Positions 1 through 11,559 of a DNA stretch of 50,301 bases are shown piece by piece. The notes under the pieces were generated by a model that was not told the origin of the DNA, did not search any database, and worked only from the letters and a program-made list of their open reading frames with translations. Source of the stretch: Nemertoderma westbladi. Its lineage: Eukaryota; Animalia; Xenacoelomorpha. The position numbers were made by a program, and so were the translations under genes. The number at the start of each line of letters is the position of its first letter. Position 1 is the stretch's first letter. The DNA lies in assembly GCA_032718475.1 (NCBI GenBank), contig JAUCBJ010000076.1:1-50301 (forward strand), written 5' to 3'.

Positions 1-1079
1 TATCAGTTATCCCACAAAAGCTTTTACAGAAGCCTCCCCAAATAGTTGATATACAATTATATTTATAATTATTTCCATGGTCATGGTCATTCACCCGTCT
101 TTAGTTAGAAATTTGTTTGCATGAAAGACAGTTTAGTTTAGTTTTTACTGATTTATTATCTCTTATCTGACTGGGGTAATAATAAAGGATAGGATAAATG
201 GAAGCAAAGTGTGACAGTAACAAATATTTCCCCGTCACCCTAGCATGTCTTAAGTATATGATATATCAAAGGGGAAGTTTGGATTCACTGCATAAATGCA
301 GTTCACCAAACTTCCCCCGAATGCACACTGTAACTTCCCCCTTCCCCCAAATATCCACTGTTGAATTAATTTGAAGCGATATAATAAGTACAATATTGTG
401 CGAGTTTTTAATTGTGTGGTCCAATTGTTATTTGATTTCTATTTATTATTTAAAGTGCATTTAATATCACACTGGTTTTTAGAATATTATACTATACAAC
501 CTTATGTTTTATTAATTTACCCAATCGAAGCCTCATAAGGGCCGGTTATTTGTACGCATATCCCCTAATGCGCTCAGTAAGGTTCAAACAACATATTAAT
601 ATGAAAATAAAGTATCTGCAAAGAAAATAACCCAATACTATATAATTTGACCTTATTAAAAAATTTGCACTTTTGCACACTTATTTGTACAAATGCACTT
701 TAGCAGATCGTAATGGTGGCTCTTATTTAACAAACTTATGTTTATCCTCTACCGATCTACGATGGTGTATGATCAAGTGTCAGTCGCTAAAAGTGTCAAA
801 AATCCAATTTAATAAATCTGGATTTGCGATTTTGGACCATATTCATGGACATTTTAAGTCACTTTATAGACATAAAAAGTTAAACAAATGTTACGATTAT
901 AGTTAGAAATCATTCCAAACTACATTTTAATCCAAAAAATAACATTCTACGATGAATAGAAAAAGAAATAATAGTGTTTGAAATATCGAAAAAATGTTCA
1001 CTATTTAAGTGCATTTTGCACTAAGTGCACATAAGTCTTTTCCCAAGTTTTATCCTATTTCACACACTACGATCTATTT

Positions 1080-2520
1080 TCTATCCAATGAAAAAAGTTT
1101 CAGATTAAACGGCCCTGTAGAACCGAAGTTATTTATTAGTTAGTTATTTAAACCTAAGTCCGCGGGTTCGAAACCCAATATTGACCTGACCATTCTTAAT
1201 TTTTTTGCAAAAAAATTATTTTTATTTTTTCACTAAAATCGCTCTAACTTCGGTTCTGGTGGTCCAAATTCAATAAAATTGGTATATTCTTTGCCGTAAT
1301 TTTTTTCTTAATCTTTTGAGAAGGGGTTATTTTTGGCCCCAAAAAAATTAAAAAAAAGGGCCAAAATAACGCGATATTTTTCGACCCTTAAAATTCGTAA
1401 TATTAATTATATATGTTAAGATACAAGATAGCGGAGTTAATTTGATACTTTTTACAGGTACTTTTGGCGCAATACGCTAAATTATAATGGAATAGCGATT
1501 TGTTAAAAAAAAAAACTTTTCGTCCTTTTTTATAAATATTATATTTCACACGATCGCCTGCCGCTCCAGTTTTATAATACCTCCGGCGCTGTGATTAACG
1601 CTGTTAGATAGATAATTTAACGCACTATAAGTCTGTGTAAACAAATCTCCCGTAAGTTAAGTAGTTTTCGAGCTAGACGATTTCCCGCGAAGCAAGTTTG
1701 AAGCGCGAAATTATAATTTTGGCCCTCATTTTTTTAATATCATCCTTGGAGCAAAACCGATAGCATATTTGAATTCCCCGTATAGATATTGATTGTATAG
1801 AATGTACCTTAACCAACTAAAGTTAAAAATAAAAAATTATTCGATAAAAACTACTTTACAAATTCTGGCCCTTTTTGGCCCCTATTGCCGACATATTTTT
1901 TGTACCCCCATTCGATAGGAACGTAGCCCCTATGGTCTTCTACGAGTTTCATAAAAGAATTTGTGGATTCCTACCCGCGTTGTGAATTAAACTTTTCCAA
2001 AATAATAAGTTTTCCAAAAAAGACGGACAAAAACGTACAAATTTACAGCCCCTTTTTCCACCCGAAATTTTAATAAATATCTTACCCCCATTCGATACGA
2101 AGGTAGTACCACTCTTCCCCTTTCCAACCGCGTTACTTTTGTCCCCGTACGATTAATATTAGCCGAGTTATAGCGGATCCCGCAAAGTCAATTTGTCCGT
2201 TTTTTCAACTTTGACGGACATTTTCGGAAAAAAGGCGTGGTAATCTTTTTTGAAAAAAAAAACGAATTCACTAATTAATCCCTTCTATCGTATCCCGGCG
2301 TCGGCTAAGCAATAACCTAGGGTTTTTTCGAGCCACTGTAGAGCGCCTTTCAAAAAAATTTTAAAATTGTCGAAAAAATGACGGTTTTTTGTCCGCCGTG
2401 TCCGTCAAAGGGTTAGATTTAATAATGTTAGAGTTGCTAATATCTTAGAATTCCGAGCCGCTCCCCTGGTGAGAAAATAAAAAAATTTGGTCAGTTCCTT
2501 CATCGAAAAGTCCCCCAGAA
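1080..2520. mobile_element. Putative non-autonomous DNA-element body with dispersed internal repeat boxes (family uncertain)
   Basis: Non-coding. It has a 13-bp inverted repeat (AGAACCGAAGTTA 1119-1131 / TAACTTCGGTTCT 1245-1257) and a duplicated box TACCCCCATTCGATA at ~1903 and ~2083, each preceded by TACAAATT...GCCCCTTTTT-like sequence. Boundaries are not defined. Confidence 0.3.
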
Positions 2521-2731
2521 TCCCAAGTTAACCTATATAGTTAGCGATGGCCTGCGGCTTTAGGAGCGGCCGCGGTATTCACCTCCCTCATAGCGGCCGC
2601 GGCGGTGTTGCGTCAAATGGAGAAATATTTATCCCACCAAGCCCCCTAAGTTAGTATGTCGGTACATTCAATTCAAGCAAGCAAACAGTCGGCCGAAGCC
2701 GGAGGCGACCCGAAGGCTCATCTTTCGATAG

Positions 2732-3753
2732 CTGCTACCCGAGGGTAGGGGTGGGCGCTACTCCTATCTGCCACCCGAAGGTAGGGGTGGGTGCTACTCC
2801 TATCTGCTACCTGAAGGTAGGGGTGGGCGCTACTCCTATCTGCTACCCGAGAGTGGGGGTGGGCGCTACTCCTATCTGCTACCCGAGGGTAGTGGTGGGC
2901 GCTACTCCTATCTGCTACCCGAGGGTAGGGGTGGGCGCTACTCCTATCTGCTATCCGAGGGTAGGGGTGGGTGCTACTCCTATCTGCTACCCGAGAGTGG
3001 GGGGTGGGTGCTACTCCTATCTGCTACCCGAAGGTAGGGGTGGGCACTACTCCTATCTGCTATCCGAGGGTAGGGGTGGGTGCTACTCCTATCTGCTACC
3101 CGAGGGTAGTGGTGGGCGCTACTCCTATCTGCTACCCGAGGGTAGGGGTGGGCGCTACTCCTATCTGCTATCCGAGGGTAGGGGTGGGTGCTACTCCTAT
3201 CTGCTACCCGAGAGTGGGGGTGGGCGCTACTCCTATCTGCTATCCGAGGGTAGGGGTGGGTGCTACTCCTATCTGCTACCCGAAGGTAGGGGTGGGCGCT
3301 ACTCCTATCTGCTATCCGAGGGTAAGGGTGGATGCTACTCCTATCTGCTACCCGAGGGTGTAGGGGTGGACGCTACTCCTATCTGCTACCCGAAGGTAGG
3401 GGTGGGCGCTACTCCTATCTGCTATCCGATGGTAGGGGTGGGCGCTACTCCTATCTGCTACCCGAGGGTGTAGGGGTGGACGCTACTCCTACCTGCTACC
3501 CGAAGGCAGGGGTGGGCGCTACTCCTATCTGCTACCCGAAGGTAGGGGTGGGCGCTACTCCTTTCTGCTACCCGGGGGTGTAGGGGTGGACGCTACTCCT
3601 ATCTGCTACCCGAACCCGAAGGTAGGGGTGGGTGCTACTCCTATCTGCTACCCGAAGGTAGGGGTGGGCGCTACTCCTATCTGCTACCCGAGGGTAGGGT
3701 TGGGCGCTACTCCTATCTGCTACCCGAAGATAGGGGTGGGCGCTACTCATATC
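2732..3753. repeat. 36-bp minisatellite, ~28 copies (CTGCTACCCGAGGGTAGGGGTGGGCGCTACTCCTAT)
   Basis: Direct tandem periodicity; the ORF track shows the 12-aa repeat GATPICYPRVGV. It lies wholly inside the SINE. Confidence 0.97.
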
Positions 3754-3823
3754 CCATGATGATTTGCTCCCAGTTATTTAACTGGTACTCATTTTATCGA
3801 CCCCAGTGGATGAAAGGCTGAGC

Positions 3824-3895
3824 GGACCCAGGCGGGGTTGAACCTACAACCAATAGATTGCAGGCCCAGCGCTCTACCCACTGAGCTACCCCGCC
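3824..3895 (-). pseudogene. tRNA-like SINE head (anticodon-loop position reads TGC, Ala-like); not a functional tRNA
   Basis: GGCGGGG TAGCTCAGTGGGTAGAGCG CTGGG CCTGCAA TCTAT TGGTT GTAGG TTCAACC CCGC. Pol III boxes are present, but the anticodon, T and acceptor stems pair poorly and the sequence runs on into the SINE core. Confidence 0.75.
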
Positions 3896-4499
3896 ATATA
3901 ATACATTCAATTATCATATTATATATGTCAGGCGATTTTCCTTTGTGAAGAGTTCAAGTTTAGCATCACGTAATAATTGATCCTCCTGGTGTTACCAGAA
4001 TGAACCTCGACTCCATGCCGGATGTACATGTTGCACATCTACATATTGTTAGTTATTATAGTTGGGCTCGGAACTCCATTTTAAGGATTAAGTCAAGTGG
4101 TCTGTAAGATTAGTTGGTTGTTAGTCCGGTTGATCATGTGTCAATCACCTGTTAGAGATTTATCAGCAATGATTCCCACTAGCTACCTGAAGGAAGGAAT
4201 ATATTCTGAGTAGTACCGTACCGTGTAGGCCAAGTGAGTGAGCGATGAACCGTACTGTATGTACCCATACTAAAGTTATTATATAACCGAATCCTTCATT
4301 TTATAAACCAATGAATATGAGTCTGGTAATTTTTTGCGTAGTAATTGATTTTGGGGATTTTTAATACCAAATAATGCATCGTTTTATGTGCATATAATTA
4401 ACTAGGGTCATATAGAAAGCGATGCCTCAATCCATTTCTTTCATCTTTATTGGCATGTCGTTCTCATAAAGGGAAGGAGGTACTACATTAATTACTCAC

Positions 4500-4560
4500 A
4501 TATAGTCTTGGTCTTGGACACCTGTCGCCATGGTGTAGAATGTGGTGTATGGGATGAAGT
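4500..4560 (-). CDS. Candidate penultimate coding exon of an unidentified host gene ((D)FIPYTTFYTMATGVQDQDY)
   Basis: Minus strand ...ttacctAG|ACTTCATC...GACTATAT|GTGAGT gives a 61-nt open exon. Splicing to the acceptor ttccttccttcAG|G at 4186 completes ATG then TAG (4185-4183). No homology recognised. Confidence 0.35.
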
Positions 4561-5911
4561 CTAGGTAACATTCCGGCATTTATTATGTAAATTAAAGATC
4601 CATTTACTTATTTAAGATTATTTTCAGGTCTACCTTGTTCTAGTAAATAATTATTGTTTGAGGCGGTTAAGATGCCAATAGGGCTCATACCAAATTACAT
4701 AGTTTAATGTTTAGGAGTGGGAAATTCTGTTGCAATTTGAACTTTAAAAAATTACAAAAAAAAACAATACAATGTAAGTTTACTTACTCCCTGTTTATTT
4801 AATATTTAAATATTTGTAAGGGAAACAAGTAAGGTTATAATTAATAAAATATTATTAATATTAGTAAAATAATGTTGAATAATTCTAGCCCAGTTTTAAG
4901 TATAGACAAAAGAAGTAATTAAAAAAAATCGCCGCTGAAAGTGGGGTGTACTTTCTAATCCTATTGTTATACGTACTTTATAACATTCTACGTATATCAT
5001 ATTGTTATACGTACTTTATAACATTAACATTCTTCTACGTATATCATATCTCAATAATAATGTTATTTCAGACTATGTAATACCATTCTAATGGTACAAA
5101 GTAGAGAAACTCTGCTGTAAGTAGCCGGTTATTCTAACCAAACTACTTATTTGCGTCGATTTTCCCCTGGAGAGGGATTAATTAGAGTCACCCAGATAGT
5201 TTTTTTAAGTTCTTAAATTACGTCGCAAAGTAATATTAAATTATTAGCCTTGTAGTTGTTATGAGGTATAGAAACAAACTTCGATTTCATTATAAAAATA
5301 TCCCAGGTGCTGAAGAGCTGTTAGCTCAAAAATATGTTATTACAAAACATAATCCTCACTCAGGATTAAAGGCAGTCTGTATGGTAGGGTTTCCCCATGG
5401 ATTCTCCTCTCACTAGTCTGTCTAGCCTAAAATAGCTCCAACACTCTCTGTCCTATTCGGTAAGTCAAGTATCGCTGGCCACCTACGTAACGAAGCTCCA
5501 TGTCCAAATACAAAACCCGCATTGCGGCATGGTTTATCAGGTACTGTTAAGTTTCTATTTATAATCCAAAGTCTAGTCTATCTGTCTCTGCAGCCAACAA
5601 TTCCTAGACTTATTCTCAATAAGAAACATTAACCATATTCCAGGATTATAATAATACACAAGCTCGATTTCTTAGTTAATTCAATTTACTCAACTTTTTG
5701 AAGATTGTCATTCTATTGCTCATAGCCATATTAATTATAATTTAATTTTTAAGGTAGAATTATTGTAGTTAACTAATAATTTAACTGTAAAATAAGTTTC
5801 TTGTAGTAAAACAAGTATAAATTACAGGTAAAAAATAAAATACCAAATTTTGTTGAAATAATTATTGGTATATTGGGTGAATAAATGGTTTCATCGCCCA
5901 AGTGAAGAACA

Positions 5912-5968
5912 GAATAATACCGGGGTTTCGGAAAAATACCGGGGTTTCGGAATAATACCGGGAGTTTC
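5912..5968. repeat. 19-bp tandem repeat x3 (GAATAATACCGGGGTTTCG)
   Basis: Three adjacent near-identical units. Confidence 0.85.
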
Positions 5969-6465
5969 ATTTGTCGGTCGAAATTTTATTAGCATTTTAT
6001 ATATGAAGGATTTAGTAATTTTAAATTTATCTTTATAAAGTTAAATTACAGATTTAAAACAATCATAATAGTTAATTGTTGAGAATAAATATTCTATTTG
6101 AAAATTGAAGTAATATATAACTCCATAAATATTAAGTAATTGACTCGTACTATATAGAAAATATTATTATCAGACACCCGTGACAATCCTGACTTCATGT
6201 ATATACATACCGGTACATACCATATACCAAACCGATTAACTGAATCTTTTAAAGAAATATAACAAACGCAATTTCTGTATTGATGATAAAAACGGTTTCT
6301 TATTCTATAAAATTCAAGGGTGATACAGGGATATAAGATAATAATATGGTTTCGTCAATAGTATTCCATAAGTATGCTTACAGAATAAATTTATATCAGT
6401 TATTAATAACTTCTGTATTATTTACTATATCTATTTAATAATATAAATAAATATAATACGGTTTA

Positions 6466-6594
6466 TTCTACCCGAATTTCGAGTAGCAGCTATTGTAAGA
6501 GGAGCGATCGGATTCGCCTCCTGTTTCGGCCGGCTGAACGGCTTCGGCCGACTGACCGGCTTCGGCCGACTGACCGGCTTCGGCCGACTGACTG
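6466..6594 (+). mobile_element. Isolated 3' tail of the same SINE family, with the terminal 18-bp hairpin unit repeated x4
   Basis: TCGAGTAGCAGCTATTGTAAGAGGAGCGATCGGATTCGCCTCCTGTTTCGGCCGGCTG aligns with the reverse complement of 2686-2742. It is followed by CGGCTTCGGCCGACTGAC at 6539, 6557 and 6575. Confidence 0.75.
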
Positions 6595-7989
6595 TGGCGT
6601 CGACTCTTTACGCCATCACTATTCATCCCATACCAGTGGAAAATCCGATTACTCCCAAAATTAATACCGGTACTGTAACCTGTTCTATTGACTTTAGTTT
6701 ATTGTTTTGGTTAGAATAATGTACCATTGTAACCTGCTCATTTACCTTAATAATTTATTCACCGAGATGTACCTCAGGTTCCCAATGTCTCATACAGATA
6801 GATAGATATATGCCGTTATGTTTAAAAATAACTACGGTATTTAATTCAAGACTTATAATCTTGCTGTTGCACTTTATAAGACTACAGTCCGAGTCCGAGT
6901 ATATTAATAGGCCTACATGTAGCACCGAGAATTGTAATCTTATAAAGTTCCAGATTACAACTCGGAGTATGTTATGTTATTCGTAATTTAGTAATTTTGT
7001 AATTAAGTAATGTAATTTTATTCTGAACATAATTTGAATCAAATTTACTTTAGGTTGTTTGGCAACAAGAAAATTAATACATTTTATTGAACTCTAACAA
7101 CAAAATCTAAGGATCAATTTTGTATCTATTTTTCAATTCTACTCTATCGTAACATTCATGTACCGTATCGTGCTGAGAGCATAATCCTGGTATATATTCG
7201 AGGTACACCCAAAACCACCACCACAGTTAGTATAAATTCAAAATCCAATTATTGGCTGGCCTAATTAGCTTGTTCTTGTAACGAAATACTCTGGTAATTA
7301 TTATCACAGATAGATGCATTTTTAACACCGTTGAATGCATTGCATTGCCACGAACAAAGCATACTAAAGGATAGGCCCTCTAGCGCTCTAGGCCTTACAT
7401 AATAAGCTATATAGAAGACATATACTGTACGTACTTACATACACTAAAAATATTACACAAATTTATCTACATTTTCAGATTTGGTTGATTTTATTATCTA
7501 GATATTCATACAATTAATTCAATACAATTTAACGGTAACGGTAATTTACTTACATGTTGATTGTTATTTGACTTCATTTAATGTGCATTATATACCAGAT
7601 TGTAGTATATAATATACCCATTATACAGTACAGCCAAAACATATTCCACAGCAAAAAGTTTATATATTCCTAGCCCATCTGAAATATCACATGCCCACAA
7701 ATATATTCAGCCTCTATTACAATATATCTTTTCGGCGAATTATAAGTAAATAATTAAATATTATCCTAGCATTTCCAGCATTTCGTATAAATTGTTCCTG
7801 GTTCTGTAAATAAAATATTAATTTTATGTATTTATATTTAATATTTATTTATTACATTAATATTTAAACTATACTGTATTTGTAATTTTTATTTAATTTA
7901 GTATAAAACTCGACTCATCAACTCACTAAACCACACCTGTTGTACAGTATGTTATACTCCCATCAGTCCCATCCCATAGGGTTTATTTT

Positions 7990-9800
7990 TATACAACCTA
8001 CGTAACTGTATGTAGTCAGATCAGGGTACTCCGTCCCCAGGTTCTGATACCTCTATGGCAGTAATGGGGTAGCTGTCAGCCCAGTAGTGCAACCCGATCA
8101 GCACCAGTAGCCTATTCATTATTTAGTTGATCACAGTTGGTTCATAAGCCCCGTCAATTAAAGAAGTCATCGAAGCCTACAGTGCCTAGGACACCATTGA
8201 AGACAAAGGCTTGGGTATGCATCTATGAAATAGTAATGCACGCCCCTCTGTCTATACTGGACTCTTCCAGTGTTAGGTAACCTAACCCAGGAGACACAAT
8301 TGGTCCGGGGTGTAACAAAAGGACACTTACTGTCGGCAGCAGGGCTGTAGGCCATGGATAGGCGGAAGGTAATCAACCAACGGCTAGACATGCTGACAAG
8401 GTCGGCTGAAGGTAATCAACCAACGGCGACCTACTGCGAAGACGCTTGTAGGAGTTGCGACCACAAGTGGTTAAGATATGAGTATGAGAACCCTCCAGAA
8501 GAAATTCTGACTTGGTCGTTGCCCGGGTCAACAAGATACTCTCAGTGGTACACTAACACTAGAGTTGGAATCGAAAAATCGGCTACTAGAACAGAAGATA
8601 GAGAAGAAAGAAGAACCAACCTGTTGGAATGTAAAATTAAACTAATATTGCTACAATGAACGCACGAACAGTGAAAGCTCACACAAAACAGGGTGACATG
8701 TAGCTCTAGCAATGGAATATAACATAAGACAATCAACATCATCTGTATCCAAGAACACCGGGTTTGTCATAATGGCAACGACAACACATCCAATACGTCT
8801 AGCTATATGGTTAAATACCACCTGTATCAACCACAGAGACAGATCCATTCGAAGCCTTATCGGGAGTCCATCAGGGTGACACACTTAAACCATTCTTATT
8901 CATAATTGTAGTTGTTGAACAATTATTGCGGGAAAAACAACACTCTGCTAATGATGTCTACGTTGAGTTGTTTATGTTATACACATGTCCTTAGACCATC
9001 TTAATATAGACAGGGTGATGGTAACACCCCCTACTGGCACAAAAGGTAGAGGAAATCCAGCAACGTACCTCACTGATCTAGACTTTGCTGATGACTTAGG
9101 GGTACTGTCAGAAGTCAGAATCACTAGAGGGAGCCCAAAGGCTCACCAGCTCATTGTAGCAGGTTGCTTCTAGTGTTGGCCTTTTTGTTAACTCCAAGAC
9201 GTGAACCTTGACATCCCCCAAGAAATGTATAATCGTAAGGGCATATGCTCTGGGAATGGCTTGCTTGAGCATGTGGATGACTTCTGCAACTTGGGATCAT
9301 GGATCTGGAGGTCAGGTAAAATTTTAAAAGTCCCATAGAATAAAACGGAACCTCACGTTTCGAATATTTAAGGCAGCAGTGGTACCAGAACTCTTATATG
9401 GGAGTCCATGTTGGGCTCTAACTGCAGAGGATACCAAATCTCTTGATGGCACATTCTAGAATGCTACGACGGGTTCACTGTGTTAAGCGCAATGAACACA
9501 TGTCCAGCGCTTACAACATTGCAGGTGTTCCATTAGTCTCCCCTAACTTGACACTTGAACAGAACCGCCTCCGCTCTGCAGGACATTGATTTTGACGTGA
9601 GGACCAGCCAGTGCATAATCTTGTGCTTTAACGGCCTCATGGAGTGAATAAGCATGGTGGATAGACCATGACTTTCATGAGATGCATCTTAAAGAACACT
9701 GGCCTTGAAGATGCGGATGATCTAGCAAATATCATGGGTGATAGGGAGTTGTGGTGGCGAAATTTTCTCAACAAGCCGGCACAGCATTCTTAATGTAAAT
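7990..9800 (+). mobile_element. Decayed RTE-clade LINE (5' UTR, APE endonuclease start, large internal deletion, RT C-terminal half)
   Basis: APE motifs NIATMNART (~8644) and IICIQEHR (~8737). RT motif TDLDFADDL (~9072), then LGSWI, LLYGSPCWALT, LDGT, RLRSAGH and a MGDRELW C-terminus. Many stops and frameshifts; the 5' boundary is approximate. Confidence 0.85.
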
Positions 9801-9816
9801 AATATAATATATTTAA

Positions 9817-9859
9817 TATCGGCATGCTGCAATGCAGCATGCCGATAGTAGGGCCTAGT
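9817..9859 (+). other. Perfect 15-bp-arm palindrome followed by CTAG-T (Helitron 3'-terminus-like)
   Basis: TATCGGCATGCTGCA-A-TGCAGCATGCCGATA, then GTAGGGC CTAG T. Confidence 0.45.
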
Positions 9860-9869
9860 AGTAGTGGTA

Positions 9870-10085
9870 TCAACCAACCTTTCTCCTCCATGAACGCAGA
9901 TTAAGATTCAGTGGGCACTGTTGGAGAATTAAACATGAGGTCATACCTGATCTACTTCTCTGGCAACCAACACAAGGAAAGCGTATCGGTGGTTGACCGG
10001 CTTTGGCATATATATATATATCAACTTGAAAAGGATATTGGATTTGGGAGAAACGAAATTGCGTCATCTATGGAAAATCGGGAGG
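9870..10085 (+). mobile_element. Second RTE-clade LINE fragment (C-terminal end), different from the first copy
   Basis: Translates as ERRLRFSGHCWR.KHEVIPDLLLWQPTQGKR.GG*P..AYI / QLEKDIG......SSMENRE, the typical RTE C-terminus, with a stop and a frameshift. Confidence 0.75.
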
Positions 10086-10335
10086 CTCATTTCTACTGTC
10101 CGAGTTCACTCGACCTAGTAGTAATACATAACTGTATACGTTAAACCTACAATATACATTTAATAGGTATAGTGTAGGCCTGTGTTTTAACATCTATTAA
10201 ATTTCCTTACATTCAGTGGATTCGTATACTAACTGTTTATAAGTTAAATTATATCACGCATCATCTAGCAGAGCACGAGATTATTGGTCAGATTATATAA
10301 GGGACAAATAAAACTCAACAACAAATCAAACAACA

Positions 10336-10458
10336 ATGCCAAAAAAGGATAAAGAGAAAAAGGATAAGAAGTCAAAAGGTGGTGCTGTGCCTGTCTATCA
10401 GCCACCCCCTCCCCCAATAGAAAAGCCAGATGAAAGCTACACAGTGTACGGAGAAGAG
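10336..10458 (+). CDS. First coding exon of an unidentified host gene: MPKKDKEKKDKKSKGGAVPVYQPPPPPIEKPDESYTVYGEE (phase 0)
   Basis: ATG in an A-rich initiation context (CAACAATGCCA), 41 open codons with a Lys-rich then Pro-rich N-terminus, ending at the consensus donor GAG|GTAAGT (10459). Too short for the ORF track. Confidence 0.7.
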
Positions 10459-10641
10459 GTAAGTACACAATTATAGTACAGTGTTCGGATAAGAGGTAAG
10501 TACACAATTATAGTACAGTGTATGGAGAAGAGGTAAGTACACAATTATAGTACAGTGTTTGGAGAAGAGGTAAGTACACAATTATAGTAGTGTACGGAGA
10601 AGAGGAAAGTACACAAGTACAGTAGGAAAGAAGACAAGTAT
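10438..10641 (+). repeat. 37-bp splice-donor satellite, block A (TACAGTGTACGGAGAAGAG|GTAAGTACACAATTATAG)
   Basis: GTAAGT at 10459, 10496, 10533 and 10570 (period 37). The fifth unit has GAAAGT. The first unit overlaps the exon end. Confidence 0.95.
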
Positions 10642-11220
10642 CTTGGAAAATCTCTTAGTGTTAGTTGGCCAGTGGGGTCTTTCACCATGAACATTGGTTT
10701 GTCTATCAGTTTCTATCTTAGGTTGAGAATCTCTACTTGTACCATGTCCGGACTGAATTGCATTGTCGGTACACACATTGCTGTAATTTTCGTTTGTTAA
10801 AGCATCATAATAGTTAACACAAGGGGTAGTTACATAATCACGACTTTAAGGTACCACCTATATTTCCATGTCTGTATGTAGTTGTAGTATTACAGTAGTA
10901 CAGTAGTAGAGTTGGTCATTCCTGCTTGCACATGCTTATCCAGGTTTCTTGCACTCAAAATTTCACTGGTTTCAGCATTAGTGTTCTGTAAATTAGACGT
11001 TTCACTCGACGCTCCACTCTTGCTTGTTTGTAAGTTAGTCTCATTATTCCATCCATGGTGCCTGATGCTGGTGCTGGTTTTTGGTAGCATACGGTCTCCC
11101 CTTGTTAATGACATTCTCAGTTGCTGCTATTTCAATATCAGTTTGTCTATGCTGCTCACTATTCCTGTGTCCTCTGGCTTTATTGGAAGACCTGTCCACA
11201 ATGTCAGTGGCGTCACCAGA
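10642..11220 (-). pseudogene. Frameshifted coding-like remnant, possibly CR1/L2-type LINE ORF1
   Basis: Hydrophilic reading frames join across frameshifts and end ...TPCVNYYDALTNE...GERPHWPTNT. This resembles the NRF(E/D)xL and HxWPxxT motifs that precede the SGNH-esterase domain of some LINE ORF1s; the esterase motif itself is absent. Confidence 0.3.
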
Positions 11221-11559
11221 TCATGGCGAGCCGGGGCGACCGCATGGGCCGGAACGAAACACATGAAACCCCATCCAGACCACCACAAATTAATGATATT
11301 TTTCAACACCGTATTGTAAATGATATTAACGGGACAACTAACTGGCTCAGAGAAATTAATAAGATTGGGTAGTGCAATATACAGTAGGGAACAGTACTAT
11401 TAAATCTAGCAAATCATTTTTATCTTGCGAAATTTAGATACTACCGTCTGAGTGTAGGTTGGAGGGAAATTTGAAATAGGAATTGCTGGTAACTTACTGT
11501 TGTAGCGTTGTTGGCTATTTTAGTACTCGTAATTGGTTTACATCCGACTGACCGACTGT

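Larger units (their letters stand above)
2674..3901 (-). mobile_element. tRNA-derived SINE, full length, with internal minisatellite expansion
   Basis: Minus strand order: tRNA-like head with A box (TAGCTCAGTGG) and B box (GGTTCAACCCC); core TCAGCCTTTCATCC...GGGGTCGATAAAATGAGTACCAG (resembles, from memory, the Sauria/MetaSINE-type core); structured tail; (TTGC)n end. Flanked by an 11-bp direct repeat TACATTCAATT at 2663-2673 and 3902-3912 (TSD). Confidence 0.85.

Noticed and set aside
2563-2602. Two AGCGGCCGCGG (NotI-containing) sites as vector or linker contamination
   Set aside because: No other polylinker or vector sequence nearby; more likely a short local duplication.
2751-3750. ORFs with GATPICYPRVGV repeats
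   Set aside because: Translation of the 36-bp minisatellite inside a TSD-bounded SINE.
3824-3895. Functional tRNA-Ala (and tRNA-Gly at 33735-33806)
   Set aside because: The cloverleaf stems do not pair; the first is the head of a SINE.
10438-10641. Spliced-leader RNA gene array (suggested by tandem donors plus CRE elements)
   Set aside because: The 37-bp unit is too short for an SL RNA gene, shows no Sm site or stem-loops, and its exon part continues an ATG-initiated reading frame.
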